Below, in pieces: positions 13,167 to 26,620 of a stretch of DNA of 64,000 bases. The translations under genes were made by a program, and so were the position numbers. Positions within the stretch are counted from its first letter, which is position 1, and each line of letters begins with the position of its first letter. The stretch is from contig OX597835.1 in assembly GCA_951406725.2 (NCBI GenBank), positions 49,910,001 through 49,974,000 of the forward strand, given 5' to 3'. The notes below the pieces were generated by a model. It was not told the DNA's origin. It made no database searches and was given only the letters and a program-made list of their open reading frames with translations. Origin of the DNA: Octopus vulgaris. Taxonomy: Eukaryota.

Positions 13167-13459
13167 ACAATGACTTTCATTGCTTTAGTTTTTCTCAGCC
13201 TTTCTCTCTCTTTCTTTCTCTCTTTATCTCCTCTCTCTCTCTCTCTCTCATACTTATTTCTGATGTTCCTTACATTTTTATGGTATTCTATTGCTTTTTT
13301 GTGTATGGGGGGGGGAGTATATTTAATCAGTGAGTGAAGGGCAATACTTCATGGCCCTTTATTTTTCAGGACCTCTAAGACTAGTAGAGAGGAAAGGAGA
13401 AAGTTATCCTCATCTGTGTTGCATACTGAGACCATTGAGGTTCCAACTCTTACAACACA

Positions 13460-14150
13460 CCCGCCTCTTCATCCAGGTGATCCAACATAGGTTGATCAAG
13501 CCCAGGCCTCTGTCCAAAGCAACATTCTTCTGACCCCCACCAATCACCTCTTTTCAGCCAGAGCCACCTTGATGCTTTCTCTGTAGCTTTCATGTTATTT
13601 TCAACAGTTCTTCTTTTCTGCTTTTTCTTGGACAGGAGGCTCCACAGGTATGGCGGAAGCAAAGTGCCAGGAACAGGAACAGGTGAAGGTGGGCAGCTGA
13701 GAATCTGCAGATTGTTTCCTTTCTTCAGAAACCAAGAAAAGACTTCAAGAGGACAGTGTGTATCTGATGGAAAAGCTCAACAGCCTGTCTCAGACATCTT
13801 TCATTGCTGAGTCACATGCTGTAGAAAGCAAACCATTGCAGCCTTTTTTGAGTCTCTCCTTCACAAAGATGATCGTCCTGGCTGTAATGCGACCATTTTG
13901 TAGTGTAAATGATCTTTTTGTTAATAGCTTCAACAATAGTCTTAAGGACTTGGTCAAGTCCCTGGTGATAGTGTCCTTCACCTACTAAGGGAGCATGCAA
14001 GTGTTTGCACTATACTCCATATGAATTGGTCGGATGGGTTGGGGAGGACAGCATACAGCCCCTAAATGAAGAACTTGACCCACTCACACATGCCCTGCTA
14101 CATGACATGCAACTTAATCACCTGGTCTTGTGTTGTCACTCAAGTTTCAT
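13460..14150 (-). mobile_element. HERO-like (restriction-like endonuclease) non-LTR retrotransposon remnant
   Basis: DQVLKTIVEAI, RTIIFVK and ATEKASRWLWLKRGD motifs, followed by GGGCTTGATCAACC..GGATCACCTGG 3' UTR, match my recollection of HERO-clade C-termini. Confidence 0.65.
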
Positions 14151-14199
14151 GCCAATGCAATGGTGGCATAAAAGATTTTAAACTTTTAAGAGAAAAACA

Positions 14200-14598
14200 G
14201 AGGCGCAGGAGTGGCTGTGGGGTAAGTAGTCTGCTTACCAACCACATGGTTCTGGGTTCAGTCCCACTGCGTGGCACCTTGGGCAAGTATCTTCTACTAT
14301 AGCCTTGGGCTGACCAAAGCCTTGTGAGTGGATTTGGTAGACAGAAACTGAAAGAAGCCCGTCGTATATGTGTATATATATGTATGTGTGTGTGTATATG
14401 CTTGTGTGTTTGTGCCCGCAACATCGCTTGACAACCGATGCTGGTGTGTTTATGTCCCCGTAACTTAGCAGTTCGGCAAAAGAGACCAATAGAATACATA
14501 CTAGGCTTACAAAGAATAAGTCCTGTGGTCAATTTGCTCGACTAAAGGCGGTGCTCCAGCGTGGCCACAGTCAAATGACTGAAAGAAGTAAAAGAGTA
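14200..14598 (+). mobile_element. SINE family A copy
   Basis: Same head, core and tail as 9223-9648, opposite orientation. Confidence 0.85.
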
Positions 14599-16333
14599 AT
14601 GTGAAGTAATTATTTTTGGAACAGTGGATCTGTTCCAAACATCAGCTCGGGGCAATTCCCTGGCCTGCCAGCTTCTGTCAAACAGTTCAGCCTATGCCAG
14701 CATTGAAATCAGATGCTAAATAATGATGATGATGATGATGATATACATAGATATACAGGGGGGGGGGGGGGCCAAAAGTAGGTTTACAGTTATTCAACTC
14801 TTTCGTATTCATATATTAACAGTTTAGATCTTAATCTGGACATGTGTGTGATGAAGGGGACAGGAAGAAAGCAATAGACTAGGGCGGAGGGGAATCACTG
14901 AAAGAGAGATGTGGGGTGTCATTGGGGTTGGTCAGCAAAGGGAAAGATGAGAAGCAGAGGGGAGAGGGTAATGAAGGAAAGTAAGGTGGGTGGGGGCAAG
15001 AAGGAAACACTGGAGGGTACCACAAAGAAGAAAGAATAAGAGCAGAGTGTAAATGCCCTGACATACACAAGGCCTGAAATTTTGGGGCCAGTCAATTGGA
15101 TCAACCCCAGTATGCAACTGGTACTTAATTTACTAACCCCGAAAGGATGACAGGCAAAGTTGACCTCAGTGGAATTTGAACACAGAACATAAAGACAGGC
15201 GAAATACCGCTAAGCATTTCAGCCGGTGTGCTAACATTTCTTCCAGCTCACAGCTTTACACACAATATTAGCAGAATCCAAAACAACCCAACCCACTGCC
15301 TAGGAATTGAATAGAAACCATTAAATTCACATGTGAAAATAACAGGATTTGGTCAGGAACTGACATTAGCAAGCAGCAGCTAATTATCCCATTAGCATTT
15401 AAACTGACCCAAATATTCTGCTTGTTTTATGTTCAGGTCAGATAGATCTGGCTTCTCACACCTAACCTACAATGTCAGCTTAAAACTAAATCTCAAAGCT
15501 ATGAGATAACACTTGCTAAATTCAAAACAATGTGAATAAATAAGCATTTCATTGGACAGACTAATAGGAATTCTAAATGGTCAAGTCTTTGATAGACATG
15601 TTAAGAACTTCTTTTTACCAGCAAAAAACCACACAGACCTGACAGATGCTTAACTTGTCAGCATCCCAATTGCAAACAACATATTGAAATGTCATTAACA
15701 ACTTTGTCTTTGGCACCCTTTCTTTGATAGACCATTAGGTAGTTATAGATTGTAAAGCCAACTTGATGTTGGAACTTACACCACTCAACTTCAGCTGTGG
15801 AATCCAATGCCTTCAACAATCTGTAATTATTGCTGAGAGACACATCTCACACAAATTGACTCAGTGTAAATAGCTTTCATTATTGAAATGATAGTATTTC
15901 TTTTTATTAACCATAAATGAAAGTGCATGGATTAGTAGTTAGGGGTATTTGGCTGATAATCATAAGGTTGTGAGTTCGATTCCAGGCAGCTTGTTGTTCC
16001 TTTGAGCAAGACATTTTACTTTGCATTGCTCTGGTCCACTTCACTGGCAAAAATGAGTGGTACTTGTAATTCGAAGGGGTCAGCCTTGTCACATTCCGTG
16101 TCATTGCTGAACTTCCCTGAGAACTACGTCTGTGAAGTACTCAGCCACTTACACACTAATTTCATGAGCAGGCTGTTCCATTGATGGATCAGCCAGAGAC
16201 CTTCATCATCGTAACTGAACGACGGCTGACACTAACCATAAACATTTCCATATTTGGACTTCTCTCAGATTTCTGTCTTTCTCTCAACTGACAAAATCTT
16301 TTGCCCTGACCTGCATACGTAACTATAACAAAC

Positions 16334-16538
16334 CTGATGCGTTCTGGTTGGTGTCGAGCCTGATGATGTTGATGTCTGGAGTTGATGCTGTTAATGCTGC
16401 TGCTGCTGCTGCTGCTGGTGCTGCTGCTGCTGGTGATGATGATGATGGCAATAATGATGAAGCTGCTGTATCATGAGCCGTGAGAAGGTAGAATGTAGAC
16501 ATAAATAAACTGAGAAACAATACTGTGTGGAACTTCAT
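16334..16538 (-). CDS. Orphan gene A, first coding exon (signal peptide plus Ser/Ala-rich stalk); exon starts at 16611 with 5' UTR
   Basis: Acceptor TTTTCCCATTTCAG at 16612-16613; ATG 16538; MKFHTVLFLSLFMSTFYLLTAHDTAASSLLPSSSSPAAAAPAAAAAALTASTPDINIIRLDTNQNAS+G; donor GTTTGT; phase 1 matches the 12189 exon, giving 132 aa. Confidence 0.75.
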
Positions 16539-17159
16539 ATTTGTTCTTCTTCTTACTGTTGTGGCTCTTGCTGTTGTTGTTGTTGTTGCTCTAGATGTTG
16601 GTGTGTTCTATCTGAAATGGGAAAGGAGCAAAACCATTAATTGGATTCAAAAACAAACAAAAAATATAAATGTGCAGTTGCCCCTCGGTTGCCATGGTTT
16701 CCCTTTTAGAACGGATCTGGCTTTTGCCATATTAAAAAGACTTTTCCTTCTTTCTAATTTCTTTTAATTTTATTTAAATTATTTGATTTGTAGTTTATTT
16801 CTACAGAATTACCATTTCATCATTTCCGTTTCACTCTTTATATTGTCTTCTTATTTCACTCGGATAGTGATGAGTGATGAGTGACCACTTCATATACTTC
16901 GTAAATCAAGTTTCCACATTGAATAATAGAGTTTCAAATATCAAAGCTGATTTTAGAAATAATCTTCAGCTTCAAAATGGAAAAATGTCCTAAAAAAACT
17001 ACAAAAAGTTTATTGTAAAGAAAATGACTTATTCCAGTTTGCATGCAGTTTAAGGATTCGAAAAGAAAGTAAATTAACTGCAAAGGAAGGTAGATGGATC
17101 CCACAATTCCAGAAAGAGGATGAGTGAAATCCTTTAATTTTATTAACAGAACTTTCCTT

Positions 17160-17520
17160 ATGCCGTGTCTACAAGCAGCCTCCAGGTTTGTGAGCCTCTG
17201 TGGATTCTTTTGGTCTGCACCCATTGTTAGGCTGCCTTCCATGCCATACCACTCGAAACAAAATCATAAAGCATGGCATACACAGTACAAACTTCCCTTC
17301 CCAGTTCAACCCAAGGTGACAGTAAAAGTTCTTACAGTATGACAATTTTCCTGTTCCAAGGTGGTAGGCCCCTCATATGGGATGTCACACGCTGCGATAC
17401 CTTCTCCAGCAGCAACCAGGTGCGTTCAGCCACCAGCTAGGCTCCACTGCTTGTCAGGTTTATGGTCAAGCCTATGGCAGTGGAGACCTATGACATTCTT
17501 GGCTCCCAGAACATAACCCT
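17160..17520 (+). mobile_element. Remnant of a CRE/NeSL-like restriction-like-endonuclease retrotransposon
   Basis: MTIFLFQGGRPLIWDVTRCDTF..FMVKPMAVETY resembles the RPDG..W..G..LVWDVT..F.P.AVET motif. Confidence 0.5.
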
Positions 17521-18438
17521 GCTCCCCGTCATTGGGGTGGAGATGGCTATCTGCAAGTGTGAGCCCTGTTTGACAGATCCAGCACATCTCCCTCGCCATC
17601 TTCTGGGGTTAGGGTTAGGGTTTTGTCTGCTGGTACCATGAGATGGTGTGAATTACAGGTTGACAGATGAGATACAAATAATAATGGTAGCACTTCAGAA
17701 ATAGTAGCTGTCCCAGTGTCCCAGCAATGAACACCACTAAAAGAGCAATTCATTGGCTTGCACAGTGGCACATGATAACCAACACAAATTACCATATTTT
17801 CACAAGTATAAAGAACCTTCGTGTATAAGGAACCCCCTAATTTTGGAAAAAGGTTTTGTAATATTATCCATGTCTAAGAAAGTTCCATATTTTAACCTAA
17901 TTTTTGACAAAAAAGGGTTCCTTATACACGTTAAAATATGGTATATGTAAGCAGTGAATTATTCCTGCACGTCTATTAACCAATACAGAAAGAACTGATG
18001 GGAAGTGGTGGTGGTGTTCCTGTCGATTCACTAAAAATAGTAGTTTCATGATATTATCGGCAACTGCATACAAAGATTATTTTAGGCCCATAGACTCAGA
18101 TGTGCCCCGAGCAACTGCCCAATGTTGCCCATGCTTTTGTATTTTTTTTTTCTGAGACCTTAGGACTCATAACCATAGTGCATAATAGATCATGATCCCA
18201 ACACTCTCTTTGAAAGGAACGTTGATCCGTGGCAGGGTTCAAGGTCATAAATGTTGGAAGTTGATTACATCAAACCCTACTTGACAAGTACTTTATTTTG
18301 TCGACTGCAGAAGGATGAATGGTAAAGCTAACCTCGGTAGTACTTCAACTCAGAACAGAAAGAGTTACAGAACATTTTGTCTGATGTGCTAACAATTCTG
18401 ACAACTGCCATCCATGCTCAAGATGGCACTATGTAAAC

Positions 18439-18712
18439 CAGTGGTTCTCAACCATTTTTTTGGTGGGGGGGGGTCTGTGGACCTCTTTCATTCCTATTTT
18501 ACTCTACTGGATCTCCAGAGCCATTCAATGTATTAAAAAAATCCTACTGTATTTTTATAATCAAATATTATTAGGAATTGTATCTAAAAAAATCGTTAAA
18601 AAGTCTTTTGTGTATTGTAAGAGTTTTACCAATTTATTGCAGATAAAGTTTAACAACAAAAGCTTATCTGGGGCCCCAAGAGTTGTTATGCAAACCTCCG
18701 TTCACAACCCCC
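18439..18712 (+). mobile_element. hAT-type MITE copy
   Basis: Begins CAGTGGTTCTCAACC; colinear with 62217-62470; decayed right end. Confidence 0.7.
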
Positions 18713-19897
18713 TCATATTGACCATCACGAAGCTTTCCTCTCTGAACATGTCTGACTATTCACCAAACGCATTCGTTCATTACAGTATATCGTTTAACAA
18801 ATAATTACTTAATTAAAACAACGAAAGACATTTAATAGAATACTTTCAATACCAATAATTGGTGTAAATATCCCGAAGGAATTAATTCATTGCAATTAGA
18901 TCAATGCTGTTAATTATGATTTCCTCTTCGATTCTTACAGGCGTTTCCTTGTGTTTCAACCGTTTCTTCAATACGTAAACAACTTCGAAACTTATGAGTT
19001 TAACAGTAAAAGATTAAAAATTCGTTCAACTTCATTTGTTACCGGATAAAGCCGACTTTTAACTGACATCGGATGAAATAGCACACGATATCTCTTCTCA
19101 CCTACTTACATTCTGAGCTGAAGTCTTGTCCCATTTCCGAAGAAGAAAAGAAAGTGGGCCGAGACATTTCTGTTAGGCTTTGCAACCAACTGGACTGATG
19201 TCTGTAATTTGAAATAATCATAGATTTCGATTTCTCTGGGGTTTTTTAAATATTTATTTAATCAGAGAGGACGGCGCCCAATAGTAAATTTTGGGTGAAA
19301 CAGTAGAAATTGGGGAGGGGGACAAAAATGTAAAAAAATTAAGTTCTTGGGGAATAAAAAAAAATCTTTCACAGAAGGAAACAACTACCCAATTCCTTGG
19401 GGCAGGGATAGTTATTCCGAAGTCCGTCAATCAGAGTTTGAAGACAGAAGCTCCAATATTGATGAGAGGAAACGGCAAAATTATCCTCAAAGACACCAAA
19501 GATGGTTAGTGTTAAACTGGACGACGGATGAAGGCCACCACCCGACAAAACGGGAAAGACAGTTTTTATCTCTCTCTTAAAAAAAAAAAAGAGAAGTTAT
19601 ACTAAAACGCCATTGATCATACGTATTTGGTCTGACCTAGGGCTAAACCAATAACAAAAAGAAAACAATTTTGAATTATTTCAAAAGAAGTACAAATACA
19701 TTATAATCACAAATTGAAAGTGGTAAAATAGAAATTACCATAAACAATCGGTTTTGAAATTTAAAAATAAAACATATTTTGGAAAAAAAAAATTTTTAAT
19801 TTAAAATTTTTTAAAATGTTTATTCATGAACACACACACACACACACACCTATGTGTGTAGACGTATAGTTTGTGTACATTATACATACATACATAC

Positions 19898-19937
<40 letters not shown>

Positions 19938-20069
19938 GATTATTTTCACGAAGTTAGCTAAAGTGTAAATTCATTTTAAAAAATCTGTCTTTAGTAAATA
20001 TTAAAAAAATATTTACATAAATATAAAAATAAATTACTCTGTTTTTATCAGAACATTTAATGAACTTAC

Positions 20070-20270
20070 CTCAGCTTATTGTAAAATATTGTTTGAGAAA
20101 GGTGTTTAAAGTTCGAATTATCACAGAAGATAAAGGTTATATTTTCAAAATAACTTTCGTAATTTTTAAAGCTTTGTTAAAAATCGAAAGATTTTTTGCA
20201 ACCTTCTCTGTTTTGGGGGAATTTTTTTTGTTTTTTTTTTTTGTTTTATGGAGTTTCTGAGATAGAAACC
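20070..20270 (-). other. Predicted non-coding first exon of orphan gene A (5' boundary approximate)
   Basis: Donor GCTGAG|GTAAGTT; local similarity to the equivalent region of gene B at 35721. Confidence 0.5.
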
Positions 20271-20294
20271 TGCGTTTGGTGCGATTTCTTATTG

Positions 20295-20326
20295 TGACGT
20301 AGTTTTTTGATATTTCATGACGTCAT
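20295..20326. promoter_or_regulatory. Paired CRE-type sites upstream of gene A
   Basis: TGACGTAG at 20295-20302 and palindrome ATGACGTCAT at 20317-20326. Confidence 0.5.
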
Positions 20327-20763
20327 ATTCTCTTTTGGCAGCAGCAGCAGCATTTTCTGAATTCTTAATTTCAATTCTCTTAATTTTGTTCCAATTCATT
20401 TCAAACTTGGTGCATCGGTGTGCTTTTGTAAGCCAATTATGGAAAGAAAATTCGTTTTTGCCATAGATTAATGAATAAAAAGGGAATAATTTTTAAAATC
20501 TGCATATTTTGGGTAATTTTAGCAGAAAATGTCAGCTTCCAAATCCTGTATTCTAATTGGGTTGAAATAATCACATTTTAAACTTCTGTGACATTTTTCT
20601 AAAATTTTTCTGAAACAAAGGAATAACAAAACTCAGCGAGAAAAATTACATGAGTTTACCACATTTGGAAATTTTCACTTAATTTTAAAATTTCAAAAAC
20701 TGAGTCTAACAGAAAAAATCCAATTGTGATAACAGAGAGGGGGGGGGCAGCGATGGTGGTAGC

Positions 20764-20803
<40 letters not shown>

Positions 20804-21503
20804 TTGATGATAGTGGTAATGAGTGTATTTATGTGTGTGTGTGTATTTGTGCTTCTCTGTGTTGATAGATTTGTGCGTGTGTGTGCAGGTCCGTGAGTGT
20901 GTCGTTTTCTATGTGCATATGTATGTGAGTGTATATGCGCTTACTCGTTTATGTAGGTGTAGCGAACAGCTATAGTATGGCTAAGCTGAAATTCGAAACC
21001 AAACCCACATTTTTATACATTGTCAAACAATTCCTCGGTCTCTTCTCGTAGCCTTATTGCACTCAGAGATTAATGAGAAAAAGTTGACCTCTTGATCTTT
21101 CTCGTGGTCAGTTCTGATTAAGGACGAAGAACCCTGTTGTTTTAGCTGACCTTATTCAGTAACCAGAAAGTTCTAAAAAAAAAACTTTTTTTAAACTCAA
21201 GCAAACAGCTATCTTCCTCTCCTTGGTCTCTGGACTGAAAGCAACTCTGTCACCATGTAATAATGTGTGCGGAGGTAAACCTCTTTTTCCCGCTAACTAC
21301 AAACGTTCCTTTTCCTATGTCTTTCTCTCTAGCAGCCGCAGGGAATCTAATCTAACATATTCAATGAACCATGGAACCAGAAACAAATTTCTCCAGTATC
21401 TACAAACAAGATGTGTATACACAAATAAATAACTCGATAAAGCAGTAAATTTATTATATATTGTAACGACTAATATTACAATTATCTTCAACATAATAAC
21501 TGA

Positions 21504-23310
21504 CGAGGGTGGGCTGGAAAGTTCTTAGGCTGACGAAGAAGGAGTGTGAAATCATGCATGCATTCATTTCAACTCTTCTTGTTAATACTTGCATCGTTTC
21601 TTTCCAGGTCAACTGACATCTGACGGTTCAAAGAAGACTTCAAAAGTAGCGACTCCTCTTGCAAATCGACAAAATGTGGCATCGTGCTCTTATCAAATAC
21701 TTGCAGGAAAAAGGGTTTAGCCCCTAACAACATTCATACTGACATGGTACCTACATTAGGGAATAACGATCCAGCTTCATCAACAGTGCAAAAGTGGGCA
21801 GATGAATTTAGGAGGGCAAGGAGAGTCTTGATAATAACCCCAGGTTTTGATGTCCTGCAACTGCCACCAAGAGGAAAACATTGATCGTGTTCACCGCTGA
21901 TGGATGACAGGCCATTGACTATAAATCAAATCAAAAAGCCAATGTTGTTAGCATATTTTGTGAGGGAATTGAGAATATTCTGCACAATGAACTAGGATCG
22001 ACGAAGGTTTCTGCTCAGTGGGGGTCACGTTTTCTGACACCCGATCAAAAGCACACTAGGCTGACCACATCACAGGAATATATGACAGCTTTAAGTAGAT
22101 CCAGCTGGTTTCTTTGAATGTATAGAGAGAATGTTGGTAAAGGGTCACCACTTTAGTGAATGTGTTCATAGTGAGGTCCTCTAAGTGGTCTTTTGAGAAG
22201 CGTGTGTAATGAAAATATCAGAAGGTATTTTTATGCAAAATACTTTTATTTATCAAAGGATAACGAGAGCTGACAAGTAATATGAGCGTAGCCAGTGTAT
22301 GTGCGTGAGTCAGAGAAAGCTTTATGAGTAACGTTTGAAAAATGGATTCAGTTGGAAGTCGTTATAAGCTAACAGAGCTGGCGTAACGAAAACACACAGC
22401 TCATGGTATGGCCAGAGTTGTGGGCTGATGTCATTCAGAGCTAGCGGCGCAAAGTTGAAAAACAAAGGGTCTGTTCCCATGCTTGACAATTGATGTTGCT
22501 GGACTGCTGTCTCTTTGCTAACCGGTTAAAACGCCCACTTAACTCTTCTTGGGCAGAGAACTGCTTTTCGGTATTAATACGCACCCAGCCCTGATTGGTT
22601 GAGTTGCCATAGTGCGACTGTTGTACAACGGGATACTAAAAATAGCTTTTCTAACTCTCCACAGATGTTTCCGAACCCAGGACGAGTGTCTGGCTTTCAT
22701 CACTTTGAGCCAGAGACAACGAGACAATCCATGCAGTGGAAACACCTCTTCTCGTCTATTCCAAAGAAGGTTAAGATTGTTTCTTCTGCAAGGAAACTGA
22801 CGACCTCAGTCTTTTGGGATATGCAAAAGGCATTGTATTTATTGACGATCTTGCAAAGAGCCACTCTCTCAATGGAGAGTACTATGCCAACCTGCTGAGG
22901 TAGTTATGAAAGGCTGTCAAGAATAAATGCGCAGGAAAATTGACGAAAGGGGTCTTGTTTCATAAGGACAATCCTCCAGCACTCAAGTCCTTCAATACAA
23001 TGGGTGCTGTGCACGACTGTGGCTTTGAACTGGTTGATCACCCTCCCTATTCTCCTAATTTGACCTCATCAGATTATCATCTGTTCCCCAACATGAAAGA
23101 ACTCTTTGCTGGGAACCAATATCACAGTGACGATGACGTTGTGTCTGCTGATCAACAGCATGATGGCTTGTTCACCAATGGGATCCAATCATTGAAACCC
23201 TGGTAGAAGTGTGCGGACCACACGGGGGACTATGTTGGAAAATAAAACTCAAATCGTTACATTTTGTGAGAGTATCTTGGTCAGCCTATGAACTTTCCAG
23301 CCGACCCTCG
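21504..23310 (+). mobile_element. Full-length decayed mariner element
   Basis: TIRs CGAGGGTGGGCTGGAAAGTTCTTAGGCTGAC / GTCAGCCTATGAACTTTCCAGCCGACCCTCG|TA; transposase pieces TQDE..HHFEPET..QSMQWKH, GVLFHKDNPP, HPPYSPNLTSSDYHLF; frameshifted and interrupted. Confidence 0.9.
22121..22663. mobile_element. Solo-LTR-like insertion inside the mariner
   Basis: Ends TATAGAGAG...CTCTCCACA (inverted, two transitions from TGTGGAGAG), flanked by AATG/GATG; removal restores FFECFRTQDEC. Confidence 0.65.
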
Positions 23311-24056
23311 TAAATAACGAAATCGGTTTCAAACTTTGACACAATGCCAGCAAGTTTGGGGAAAGGGCTAAGTCGATTGCATCGAGCCAAAGTGCCAGAC
23401 TGGGACGTATTTTATCAACACTGAAAGGATGAAAAGCAAAATCCACTTCGGCGGAATTTCAACTCTGGATATAAAACTGGACAAAATGCAGCCAAGCATT
23501 CCGCCTGGCGTACCAACGATTCTCAAGGTTCACAACCTTCAAATGACAATATTTATAATCAATTAATCAATCGAATATTGTTCTTCCGTCGTTTCTCTGA
23601 TGCAAACTTCGTCATTAAACTGTCGTTACATTTTGATGATCCCTGATAAAAGAATGAGTCCTCTCTTCAAAATTCGTTACTTAAAAAGTATCAGACTTCT
23701 TTACAAATTGGAGCCTTCTCGTCAAAATTCGTTTCTTCCGACACAAGAATGGTAGGCCTTTTCAACCAATTGCAGTATATCATTACATTGCACTTAAAAG
23801 TGCAAAGCCTTCTTTTCAACCAAACTTTTCTTCGATCAAAGATGAACAATTTTCTGTAATTAATGACGTACCAAGGCACGATCCGTAAACTAGTAAAGGA
23901 AGTAGCAAATGCAGTCCGATCGAATTCCACGGTTTGGACAGGCCATAAATTGTGTTTTGTTTTCAAAAACAATACAGTCGACTGCAATGCACATCGCTAA
24001 AAAACCGAATTGTAACCTTGCACATTTAAACCGGCATAACGATTTCAAATCTTTAC

Positions 24057-26620
24057 AATTCAATTCAATTCAATTTTATTGGTTCAAAAAGCAAAAGCAA
24101 GGCCATGTAGGGGGACAGGGAGGGTGATCATACAAAGAGTTCAGGCCATTTCTGGTCAAGAGAGACTTTGAACAAAGCGGTCGTCGGCATCTTCACTATC
24201 TCGTCCGGCAGCTTATTCCACTGATCCGCAACCCGGACGGAGAAAGCCCCTCTCCTTCAATAGAGATGAAATCGTCGTAGATAGAGCTTTTTGGAGTGAC
24301 CCCGCAGCCCACACTCTGGAGCAGGAGTGAAGAACAGCTCTTTCGAGAGGTTACACTTTCCGCTTATGATGTTGTGAGCGAGAATGAGATCACCACGGCG
24401 TCGTCGTTTTTCGAGAGAATAAAGGTCGAGCGTCTTCAGCCTTTCTTCATAAGACAAATGCTTGAGACCAAGAACCATGCGGGTAGCCAGCTTCTGGACT
24501 CTTTCGAGATGATGTATGTCTTTGAGGAGATAAGAAGAAGAGGCTTGAATCCCGTACTCCAATATGGGTCTCACCAGCATGACATAGAGCGGTAGGAATA
24601 TGGCTGCTGTGAGCATTCCTAATGACCGTCGAATCAAAAACAGAACTCCGCGTGCTTTATTGGCAGCATGGACGCATTTGGCCGAAGGCGAAAAGGAAGA
24701 ATCCACCAAGATACCCAGGTCCTTTACTTGGTCGGTCTTCTCCAGCAGCAGACGACCCGGCTCGAAATCAAGTTGAGTTGCAGGAGAGGAGTCAACAGGC
24801 AGATGACAGCACTTTGACACGTTCAGACACAGGTCCCATTCGTTTGACCATCTCCAAACTTGGTGGAGGCATCGACGAAGATCATCTATATCACTGCGAG
24901 GAGCGACCAGTTTGACATCGTCGGCAAATAGAAGGGAGTGTTGCGTGAGGTCGTCGGGCAAGTCATTGATGAAGACTAAAAACAATAACGGCCCAAGCAC
25001 TGAACCTTGAGGCACGCCACTGCTCGCACTGGAGACGGCGGACTGCGAACCATTAACTTGGACTTGGAAGGAGCGATCTGAGAGGAAGGCACCAACCCAT
25101 CGTACAATATCCGGATGGAAACGATATGCTTGAAGCTTGAAAAGTAATAAGCGGTGGTTAACCGAGTCAAAAGCTTTGGCAAAGTCCAATAAAACAATGT
25201 CAACAGCATCACCATCATTCAGGATACGCGTCACCAATTCTTTCATTACCAGTAAGTTGGTCAAGCATGATCTCTTCGGCACAAAGCCGTGTTGGGAATC
25301 AGAGATAGAGGCTGTGTTTTGGAGGTGAAGCAACATACTTTTCTTGAGGATGGTTTCGAACATCTTGCTGATTATTGAAGTAAGGGAAACCGGTCGGTAG
25401 TTAAGCAGGTCTTCGTGGCTCCCTTTCTTGAAAATCGGGCAGATAATCGCTGTTCTCCAGTCCGCAGGTACAACACTCGTCGCCAATGACATATTGAATA
25501 GAAGTGTTAAAGGCTCGCAGATGACCGGAGCCAACGCTTTGATAACTTGTGGGTGTATGCCGTCAGGGCCGTGACCCTTGTTGACATCGAGGCCTTGAAT
25601 AACGCGTTCGACTTCGTCCCGAGTGATGACCAATCTAGGCATTGGAGGTACCGATTGTTGTTGTTATATATATATAATGTATTGAGTATTAAAGGAAGTA
25701 GTGAGTACTTAGTATGAAAGATTAAGAAAATGAGAGAGACTGAAACAACGTGTTAACGATACAAGATACTTTATTCGACTGCCGTTGTTGTACAAGTTAA
25801 TTGTTTTGGCGGGAAACAAAGTGAAAGTCCTTTTATCAAGGGAGACAATGGGCGACGTTGATTGTTCATGTTTGTTGTGATGATTATATAACACCGATCT
25901 ATCAAATGGAGGGGGTTCACGACCATCATCTTGTTTGAAAATTGTCGAAAAAGCCTCGGCAAATAACTGACTCTGCTGATAAGGGTCCTCAATCGATACG
26001 CCTGTTGAGTCTACCAACGTTGCAATTTGGTTGTTCAAGCGGGAATTCCGTCGGACATGGGCAAAGGTTTTTGGATTGCGACTGGCGTTTGCCGCGATTC
26101 TGCATTTATATCTGAAGCGTTCTTCCTTTTCAATTTTCACGGCTCGGTCTCGTTGAGTTTTGTATACCACAAAAGCTGCAGTCGAATCTTGATTTTCTAA
26201 TTCAGCCCAAGCAATATCTCTGAGTCGAATTTCTCGTTTAACCTTCTTCGTCACCCAGGGCTTGTGTTTCTTCTTCTTGGGAAGCCCAACGGGAACTGCT
26301 TGGTCAGTCAACCAGATTACATATGCTTTGAGGGACGACCATAGTTCGTCAACTGAGGACATCGTCATCAGGGATCGCCAGTCCAGAAGCGCAGAATCTT
26401 CGGTTAGAATTTCAAGATTGATTGCAGAGAAGACTCTACGTGGCAGCGAAGTAGTTGTGGGCGCAGAAAAAGTTGTGTGCATGACGAACTTCAGGACCGC
26501 CTGATCACTCTTGGCAAGAGGGGCGCACATAGATAAGCCTGACACTGATCTTGGATAGCGGGAGAATACCAGATCCAGCATAGATGACTGCTGCCCAGAC
26601 CGATGCCTTGTCGATGTTGC
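24057..26620 (-). mobile_element. CR1/L2-group LINE, 5'-truncated, nearly intact ORF2
   Basis: 461-aa ORF with GPDGIHP, NYRPVSLTS, QHGF, LDFAKAFD, GVPQGSVLGP and FADD RT motifs; upstream LDLVF endonuclease end; (ATTGA)n tail with AATAAA at the left end. Confidence 0.95.
25656..25893 (-). mobile_element. 238-bp solo-LTR-like insertion in the LINE ORF
   Basis: Perfect 5-bp TSD CCGAT (25651-55 and 25894-98); ends TGTT..TATA / TATATAACA; AATAAA on minus near 25770. Confidence 0.8.

Noticed and set aside
14200-14290. SINE heads as additional tRNA genes
   Set aside because: A/B-box-like motifs only; no cloverleaf, and continuous with SINE bodies.
17605-17620. TTAGGG-like repeats (also 54692-54705)
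   Set aside because: Only about 2 units; insufficient for an interstitial telomere call.
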